From the human T2T-CHM13v2.0 reference genome, Homo sapiens, in NCBI RefSeq assembly GCF_009914755.1, contig NC_060927.1: 64,000 nt of DNA. The stretch is one strand, 5' to 3'. Below, in pieces: positions 50,175 through 64,000 of this stretch. Under the pieces are notes generated by a model that worked only from the letters and a program-made list of their open reading frames with translations, did no database searches and had not been told where the DNA came from. Numbering within the stretch: position 1 is the stretch's first letter; the number at the start of each line of letters is the position of its first letter. The position numbers and the translations under genes are program-made.

Positions 50175-53100
50175 GGCCTTTGTTTATTTAAACATGAACT
50201 GATGGTAACTGTACATTTTGTGCTAAAATGCATATTTATATGTGTATACCATATGTGGAGATAGAAAAGACCTTTAAGACAATAAAAGATTGTAGGCTAT
50301 CTCTGTAATCATGCAATAGCTGTTCGGATTGAGAACTCTTCAGCCATGATTAGACGTTGACTGCATCTCCCTGATAGACCAATCAGCTGTGTCGCACTTA
50401 AACTGGAGAAGTTACACTGAAGTATAATCACACTGAATGTTAGACTTTTTCATCTGCCAAAACCAAAAACCATTTTGATCTCCCTGTGGTTATCAATATA
50501 ACGCACAATCACAAGTGTATGAGGACTTAGAAATTAATCCTTTGTGGTAGGAGTTCTGTTGAATGATGGAAATCTTATTACTACCACAAGACTATTTGAT
50601 CTGGTAATTGGAGACTTCGGGATTTAGGAGATCTCCATGTCTGTATTTACTCTACCACTGCTAAAGTGTGTGGTCCTGGGTAGTTTACTTGCTTGCGGAA
50701 AATGAGAATTGATGGTGTCCCCAATGCCCCACCTCACAGAGTTACTAAAAAATGTCTGTAAAGCATATTTACCTCTTGGGAGATAGGCACTATGTAAATA
50801 AGGTAAAATTTCTGTTATTACAATTATTCATAATAATATTCTTTTCTTATTTCTAAGCCTTTCTGGGAAATCATTTCAGTCCACACCAACCATATTATTC
50901 AGGGTTCCTGCCATATGTGTGGGGTATCCTACTGATACACACGTATTCAAAGTTTATGGGTACAACAAAGACATAGTACATGTACATAATATGTATGTGA
51001 ATATAGTTAAATATATTTCTTCACAATATTTTAAACTGTGAAGAACTTTATCATACAGGAAACTTAAAACAAGAGGTGTCAAAAGACCCAAATTAGGTGC
51101 ATTTTACTTGTTTATGATGGCATAACCATTGCTTTAAAATGTTTAGACAGTAGAATATTGAATTTATGCTCTATTTTTGTTTATTTAAGCAACACTTAAT
51201 GTAAAAGTGCAACAGGCAATTGAATCCAAATTTCAACGACAAAAAAAAAAAACATGTATTTTAGAGTTCATCTTTGGCAAAATCTTTGGTTCAGGGTACT
51301 AGTTGTTTAAAAGTTGATTCATATTCTTACCTTGTGCTGAGAAAGGTTGCATTGCTGCCCCTTATACACATGCTGCAGCTTGATGTTAAAGAATTTTTAT
51401 TCTTTCTGAAGAACTAATTAATGTTTAAAGCAACTGTTTAATATGATGGCATGTGTGTGTGTGCGTGCGTGTGTATGTTCTGAGTCCACTTCTTTTTTCC
51501 TAAATAACACTACAGGGATTTTGTCATATTAGATTTAATTTATAATTTGAAAAATCATCTAGTGTGTGACCTACAGGCTTAGAAATGGTATAGTCAAAGA
51601 CATTTTATCCACATTTCTAATAGTGGACTTGATTAAGTAGATAAGATCAGCATCTGTTTATGGTAGTAGGAGAAATAGCCAAAGTTGAGGATTTTATGTA
51701 TGTTTTCCTGTTTACCTGGAAAATAGCAATTAATTGGATTTTTTGGTAAAGATTGCCTTCTGTATAATGTTTGGATTATATAAAATTGCAAAAATGATAA
51801 CAGCCCGCTTTACTGTACTAAGCCTGTTACTTTCATGACGTGTGAGCAGAATGCCTTATTTTGTAATCTTGTTTAACTTGTTGCTACTGGGACTTGATTT
51901 ACTGTGGCACTAGTTAAGTAAGTTAAAAAAAAGTTAAACCCTCTCATTATTAAAGAGGAAAGGCGATGGTGATGTCTGTAGTACAATATAAACCATAATT
52001 GTGATTTACCTTAAGTAGGTATAACTCTTATGGGATATACAGTATAGTTTTTGTGAATCTTTACATGATAGCATTATCTTTTTATAATTTTTTTTCCTAA
52101 GATAAACAAATGCATAGTTTTCTTCTATGGGTGATAGAAACAGCTTTTTGAAGTAATGAAAACCTCAAAAGATCATGTTGATTCTTAATTTTTGCCTTTT
52201 GCATAAGCCTCTTTATAACATGTATCTTTAAAACAATTAAGTCTTTAGGAATGTGTAACCAGAACTATGTTAGTATTGCTTATAAAACTTTAGTTAGGTT
52301 CAATATATACATATATACATCTCTATATAGGTATATAGATTTGCATTTTGTCTTGTAAAATTTTATTTGAATAAATTCTTCCTGTAGGTAATGGGAAACA
52401 AAATTAATAGTTCATATGTCACTCATAGCATTTCTATATTTGAAAGTAGCCCAATATAAAACTTTTGATTCTAAAATTAAACCAGCAGCCTATTACAAGC
52501 ACATTCTTTGATTGAGTCATTGGTTATAAACTTACTAAATGCAGAGAAAGCAGCCAATTTAGGAAACTTCTGAGTTGGTGGGACACTGTTGATTAATAAT
52601 GTACTGTATGAATTAAGTGATGCTTTAACTTTGATTTTACATTTTAAAGTTAAAATGTGGGCATTATGTCAGCAAACTTAAGGGCATTATGTCAGCAAGC
52701 TAAAACATTTTTTTTCCTGTGCTTTTAATGTATCTCTTTACATGATCTGAGAGAGGATTCAAGTTGATAGAAATAGCTGAGGGGAAAAGGGGGAACATCT
52801 TGGGATGAAGCTTGTCCTTATGGTGATGGTTTAATTACAGATTAAAAAATTAGAAGGAAATTTCAGTGGATTAAGTGTATAGCTTTCATATCTACATTTC
52901 AAGAAATTACCATTGTAACTTGATAAGAGATGATTTATTTTATGTAAACATCTTTGCAAAGCAAGGTGTAGCAGCTCAGCTAGATTTATTACTGTGCACG
53001 AAAGTAAATACCTATCTCAATTATTCTTTTTCTTTTCCAATATAAAGTTTGCTGAATGTACAAGAAGAGTTTATCACTTAGGATATAGAATTTTTTTAGG

Positions 53101-53380
53101 GGTTGGGGGAGGGGATCTGTTAGGAAACTGTTACCTATAAACAAAGATTGACTGGATTCGATCCAAAAGATAAAACTTGAAGCTATTCTGGAACTAACAT
53201 GGAAAAATGAAATGGCTATTGTTTAAAAAAATGATAGAAATACATTGTTGATGGGATATGAGTTAAGTTTATTTTCTACAAACTGTAATTGATGAGGACA
53301 TGGATAATATCTTCATGTTTCTGAGAAGTAATCTGTATGTGGGGGGAGGGGATAATAAATATTTCTAACCAACTGTGGTG
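50175..53380 (+). other. NR1D2: NR1D2 3'UTR (~3.2 kb)
   Basis: AT-rich, Alu-free stretch after the stop, ending at AATAAA 53354-53359 followed by GT-rich ctgtggtgtttggtgtct; end coordinate approximate. Confidence 0.8.
53354..53359 (+). terminator. Distal polyadenylation signal AATAAA
   Basis: Canonical hexamer with a downstream GU-rich element at ~53373-53390. Confidence 0.75.
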
Positions 53381-53497
53381 TTTGGTGTCTAATCTACCTT
53401 GCCTTTTTTGTAAAACTAATAATTTAACTCACTACAAGTATCTTTCCCCTGAGCATAGCAGGATGTTTTATGTAAATCTCTGATTCAGCATGGGGAA

Positions 53498-53610
53498 ATG
53501 TGTGTATATGTATATATGTGTGTGTGTGTATATACACACATATATATGTATATGTGTATATATGTATGTGTATATATATATATGTATATATACATGCACA
53601 CACACACACA
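53498..53610. repeat. Compound (TG)/(TA)/(CA) microsatellite
   Basis: Direct read. Confidence 0.95.
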
Positions 53611-53889
53611 GGGCTTAAAAAAAGATTTTAGAGTTGAGATTCTGGCAAGGACTGTTGCTATTTTCTATAATGCCAACTGAGTAATGGTTCGTTGTGTCTA
53701 ATAAGGTAGTCTTTCTAGGTAGGAGATGTGAGAGAGGAATGGGGTACTTGATATAACCAGAAATCACCCTTGGCCATGAATGGAGTGCACCTCAGCAAGA
53801 CCACTAGCTTCTTTTTCTTTTCCTATCAGTTGTTCCCATGTTGGCAAAATTAAGATAGCTACTTAAATCTCCATTGTTTGCAGTAATAT

Positions 53890-55469
53890 TGTTAGGCAAT
53901 CTTGGGGGTGTTGCTTTTCTAGCTGGAAACCTGTAGCTGGTGGCACCTTTGCCTGAGATTTGCTCGGGCCCACTGGGCTTGTTCCACCCACTTGGCCTGG
54001 CAGGCTGTACCCAGCTCACGCTCCTGGCCTGGATCCCACGCCTCCAAGGGAGACTGTGAGTCAGGCATGGAGCAGCAAGGGGTGTGTGAGCGAGCGTGGG
54101 GTCCAGCTACTGTGCAGACACATCAGCTGCTGCCATGGGATAGACATCTCCAGGTGCAGGCTCTCTGCGAGGCTGCAGCTGGACCAGGTGCACCATGAGC
54201 AGCTTTCCCAGCTGGCACCTGGGAATGCAGTGGTGGCCGGAAGGCTGAAGATGCCAGGAACCACAGGGCTCCAAAGAGGGAATCACAGCCTTGGCTTGGG
54301 GCGTTCCCAGGTGTGACGTCCCTGAAGGGCTGGCTGCAGCTTTTCTCTCCTTCACCCACAGCGTGGTGAGCAAGGGGCATGTTTCAATCCTATTTGTGTT
54401 ACAACTTTTAGCTTTGCCATTCAGTGGGTCCCAAGTTCTTGTCCTGCAACCAGGAAGAATGAGGTACACAGATGAGTGGAGGGTAAGATGAAGAGGAGCT
54501 TTGTTGAGCGATAGAATAGCTCAGAGGGGACCTGCAGTGGGCAGCTCCTTTCTGCAGCCAGGGGTATCCCAATGAGTGTTTAGGCCTAGCAGAGAGGAGA
54601 CCCTGGAGTGGGAAGCACCTTGTTGTGGGCAGGTTGTCATCCCACTCTCTGGAGCTCTCAGCAGAGGGGAGACCCTGGAGTGGGTGGCTGCTCTCTGCAG
54701 GCAGGTCATCTTGTCATCTCTGCAGCTCTCAGCAGAGAAGGTAGTTCCTCTCTACAGCTGGCCATCCCTTGGTCTCCCCATCCTCTCAGCAGAGAGGAGG
54801 CCCTGGAGTGGGTAGATCCTCTCTGCAGCTGGTCATCCCTACCTTTTCCCCAGCTCTGACTCAGCCTAGGGATTTTATGGGCCTCGGAGAGGAGGAAGTG
54901 CATGCTGATTGGTCCACGGGCAGCCATGGGTGGGCCTGGAAAAGGCACCACAAGTTTCCACTCTGGTCTGCAGGGCTGGCGGCTCAGTTGCCAGCATTCA
55001 GGCCCTCTGTAGCCTGAAGGTGGGGCCTCACTGGGGACCCGCCTCCTTCTGCCCAGGAACCCGTCTGTCTCTTGCTGCTGTTCATGACCCCAGGACTTGG
55101 CCCCAACTTTGCTCCAAGGTCGGAGTGAGTGCCAATAGCAGGGGGAACAGGCACTTCTGAGCCTGTGAGGGCAGGGCCAGTGAGGGGGCCTTCCTCGTGC
55201 CCCCAAGAGTGCAGGGTGCTTGAACCCCGGTGGAGGAGGCTTCAGTGAGCCGAGATTGCACCACCAAACTCTGGCCTGGGCAACAGAGGGAGACTCCGTC
55301 TCAAAAAACATCAACAACAAAAACAGTGCAGGGATGTTTGGGCAGCTGCAACTGGACCCAGATGGGTGGGCCTCCCACCGGCTTTATGGAGCATGCAGCC
55401 CTGGAGGCACCTCCTTGCTGCAGCTGGTGTGATGCAGCCATGGGCCGTCTGGAGCAGCTTCTGCCATAA
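53890..55469 (-). mobile_element. ERV1-class solo LTR, MER52-like, with a 5'-truncated Alu inserted at ~55218-55323
   Basis: GC-rich 1.58 kb block flanked by 4-bp direct repeat ATAT (53886-53889; 55470-55473); internal repeats agcagag(a/g)ggag(a/g)ccctggagtgg at ~54588, ~54660 and ~54788; Alu piece flanked by agtgcaggg. Confidence 0.8.
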
Positions 55470-55684
55470 ATATCCACTGTGTTTCTGTGGATGTTAATTG
55501 ATGTTAGGTGGGAAAAATGGGCTCCTTGATCAAGTAAGTTTGGAAATGCTGGGTTAAACAAGGTTACTGAGATGTCTCCATGTCAGTCCTGTTCTGCAGT
55601 GAGGCAGTGTGCATTGTGAATCCTTTAAGGAAGGGTTTAATGGGATGCAATTTTCATCAAACTGTCTTCCCTAAATAACCCCTT

Positions 55685-55688
<4 letters not shown>

Positions 55689-55728
<40 letters not shown>
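55689..55728. repeat. Poly(T)40
   Basis: Direct read. Confidence 0.95.
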
Positions 55729-56794
55729 CCTGTGCTGAGCACTTGTTGGGACTCTTAAGAAAGACAGCTTTTAGGAGAAAAAGGCTTGTTAACCTTATAC
55801 CCATTTTGGGTGTTGATCAGGATGTTGATCGAATTCAGTGCATTATTGCACAAATTTAATTTTATTTTGTCCCCTTCTTTGCACAGTTTAATAAGCAAGC
55901 TCCAAGTAAATGTGTGGTTGATGGAAAACAAAATGGATTAAATTCCTTGTGAAATTGAGGAATGCTGTCTGTGAATACAGGAATAAAGATAATCACTTCA
56001 CAGATCTGGTTTTAGTTTTTACTCTAGATTGGGTCTGTGTTAAAATTTGTTATGTTTGATTTTTTTTTATTCTCTGTCTATGTAAAAGCTTAGAAACAGC
56101 TGTGGCATGTGTGTTAGTAGCCACATCAGTGTTGCTCTTCGCTGTGTAAGAGTTGGTTGCTGTGGGGTAATTTTTGACACCAGAGTACAAAATCCACTTA
56201 GAACAACACTGAATGCAGTGAGTATAGGAGCCCTAAGGGGAAGTCTTGGAGGAAGCTCAGAATCTCTGCAGTTGCTTTAATATGGGGCACATTCCCCAGA
56301 ATGTAAACATGCTCTCAAAGTTAGCATTTCCCATACTTTTTAATGCAAGTTACTGACAGGGGTGGGATCAGTGTTTTTAAAATGACTCAAAAACAAAATC
56401 CGCAGGTGAATATGGTGTTCCTAAAATTTTTCCCCCTATTTTTTCTACTGGAGTCTGCAGAGTCAAATATGATCTTCTTAAAGTCTCTGAAGTCAGTTCT
56501 GTATTTTTTTTTCTTTTCTATTGTCTCATATTGCTCTGAACACCTTAACTCCAGCAGTTTTCCCCTTATTATTTTGTTGCTTTGCTTATAAATGCTCATC
56601 TGTTTTCTCCCCCTGCAGTAGCTGTTTAATTTCCTGTCTCAATTCTGCAGTTAAATGCAGTTAGGGTCGTTTCCAAAGTGGAAAGTACCTACTTTCATTC
56701 TCTTGATCAACTTTTTGTTCTCTACTATGGCTGCTGTTTTCCTAGGCTGTTTTATCTGATCAGATTTTCAATGAATGGACTAATGGTTTAGTCA

Positions 56795-58457
<1,663 letters not shown>

Positions 58458-58574
58458 ATGGAGTTCTGTAATAAGGATGCTTATTAATTTTTTTTCCTAC
58501 ACAAGACTTCTAGAGGCAGGACAATTTCAGGCTGGTTCAGTGGCTTCACAAATGCCATAAAAAACACAGGCACC

Positions 58575-59750
<1,176 letters not shown>

Positions 59751-60090
59751 AAGAAAAGAAGGAACCTAGGAGTTCTGATCCTTCTTTGTCATCCTGTGCC
59801 TGTTTCTAATGTTTTCTCTCATGGTTGCAAGATGGCTGCCACAGTTCAGGCATCACAGCAGAGGTACCATTTCCAGATAAGAAGGGCAGAGACCTTCCTC
59901 TTGTATGTTAGGGGGGAATCTTTTCCAGAAGGCTCTAGCGGGCTTCACCCTTCAGTTCCTGTTGGCCAGACTGGGTCTCCTGCCTCAAGGGAGCCTGGGA
60001 AAGCAAGTATCTAACATTTTTCAGCCTCTGTAGAGAGCAGCGGGCTCTTCCAGAAAGAAGCTGTTGGGGAAAGGCTATTGGGTAGGCCAC

Positions 60091-61497
<1,407 letters not shown>

Positions 61498-61719
61498 CAA
61501 GAGTCATCCATATCTTCTACATCGAATAGTAAGGAACAAAGGGTCCTTCTTTGTGAGCTCAGTACTGATGGCCATCATCAGCGGTGACCAGAACAACATC
61601 CTGGTTGATAGGAATGCAGGGCCAGATACATGAAGGGCCAGAGCAAAAATAGATGAAGGTCCTCAGTCTGCCTTTGTCCTTTTTCCACTCCTGCCGTTGT
61701 CCCCTAGCATGAAGGACCT

Positions 61720-61880
61720 CTCCAGTGGTGTGCTGGGGCCAGTTCTTACCAGCTCATGAAAGCCAATGTTTCAGGAATTTTGTGAGCCAGTTGACTTCGC
61801 ATTGGTAGCTTGAGATTGGCCATGGTGGGAGTAGTATTGATTTTATGGAAATCAGTAAATGCTACAGATAGGGCTCCTTC
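61720..61880. mobile_element. MER63-like (hAT-Blackjack) fragment
   Basis: ccagtggtgtgctgg...ttggccatggtgggagta...aaatgctacagatagggct. Confidence 0.55.
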
Positions 61881-62639
61881 CACCCCTAGCACCCGCCTGC
61901 AGCTAAGCCTCTCACGCATAACGGTGGACATCCCAGCTCCTGAGTCCAAGCTGTCTACCTTATCTTTCACACTGTCACCTCCTGAGCCACCCCTTTGGGC
62001 CTAGGTCTGCGCACCATGGGCAGTGAGGTCTGCCTGCAGGAGGACCAAGGAAAGAGTCTCAGGGCCTGCCTGGAAGGCCCAGGTCCCTCTGGCCAGGGAA
62101 TTACATTAATTGGAGCTTGGTCTAGAAGGGGTTCTGGGCTCTGGGAAGGTGTGTCTTCTTGGCTTAGGGCAGGGGCACAGTCAGAGGAGGGCCAGAGTTG
62201 GGCCTTCTGTGGCCCCCGTAGCCTGAGTTACAGGGAGGAGAAAAGAGGGAGAATCCTTCTGTCCCCTCTCCCCAACCCTGTGCCTCTGCCTGGATAGGAG
62301 AGAAAACCTCCACCCTCATCCATCTGCCTCATTTCCCCATGGATGGAGAATTGCCGGTCTAATATTTCAGAACCCAGGACACTTATTCATGGGCCATGTT
62401 TTAGTAGTGGACAAGCTTACTGTGCCTTAAAGCTTAGGGTCTCTGTAAGATACAGCTTTGGTGATTGTGTTCTCCTGCGGGGCAAGCACACCTGGGCAGC
62501 ATACCGCCTGTGACTGCACCTGGGTGTGAAACTCAGGTTGGAATCATATCCACTTTAGATTCAGGGAGGAGAGAGCATGACGCCTCCTGACTTGAGTTGG
62601 CTAGGATTAGATACAGCCTGTATCTTGAATACCTCCTAG

Positions 62640-63850
<1,211 letters not shown>

Positions 63851-64000
63851 TGAGAAACCGGGTCACATAAAGATTTCTGTTTTTCTTTCCATTCCCCGTT
63901 TGTGAGCTTCTAGAGGTCTTCCTTGTTTTTCTAGTGTCTCACAAATTGCCTAACAGTCTTTCAATAAATGTTATTTAAATTGATTGACTATGGATGGACG

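Noticed and set aside
54585-54812. Spaced direct repeats resembling a repeat-spacer array
   Set aside because: Degenerate internal repeats of the LTR with mutually similar spacers; eukaryotic context; not CRISPR.
53960-55561. Cluster of ORFs up to 204 aa downstream of the gene
   Set aside because: Inside the GC-rich solo LTR; no gag/pol/env similarity visible, and the TSDs indicate no internal proviral sequence.

Overview
Primate (almost certainly human) genomic DNA containing the complete protein-coding gene NR1D2 (REV-ERB-beta, a heme-binding circadian nuclear-receptor repressor) on the + strand. I reconstructed 8 coding exons from GT-AG boundaries: 18354-18369, 27289-27555, 28789-28877, 32424-32568, 34730-35358, 37730-37915, 40568-40778 and 49978-50174. 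They total 1740 nt, giving 579 aa plus stop. The protein has a C4 zinc-finger DBD and an LBD with no helix 12, and the known heme ligands fall at C384 and H568. The gene has a CpG-island promoter with E-box/D-box clock elements in intron 1 and a ~3.2 kb Alu-free 3'UTR. The rest is interspersed repeat: about 58 Alu copies/fragments counted by eye, plus L1/L2/MIR, MaLR LTRs, a MER52-type solo LTR, and Tigger3/MER20/MER5/MER63 DNA transposons. Nearly all short ORFs in the supplied track are Alu or GC-rich artefacts. I found no new multi-gene system. The best leads are cis-encoded ways of making or limiting heme-blind REV-ERB-beta: (i) a weak exon-5 donor with an immediate in-frame stop and an intronic AATAAA, truncating the protein one residue before Cys384, with the signal bracketed by an inverted RORE pair; (ii) a candidate poison exon in intron 7 whose acceptor lies at a MIR end; (iii) a 5' uORF; (iv) a BACH1/NF-E2-type site in intron 1; (v) an antisense-facing solo LTR just past the poly(A) site. 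Repeat subfamily names and boundaries are by-eye estimates.
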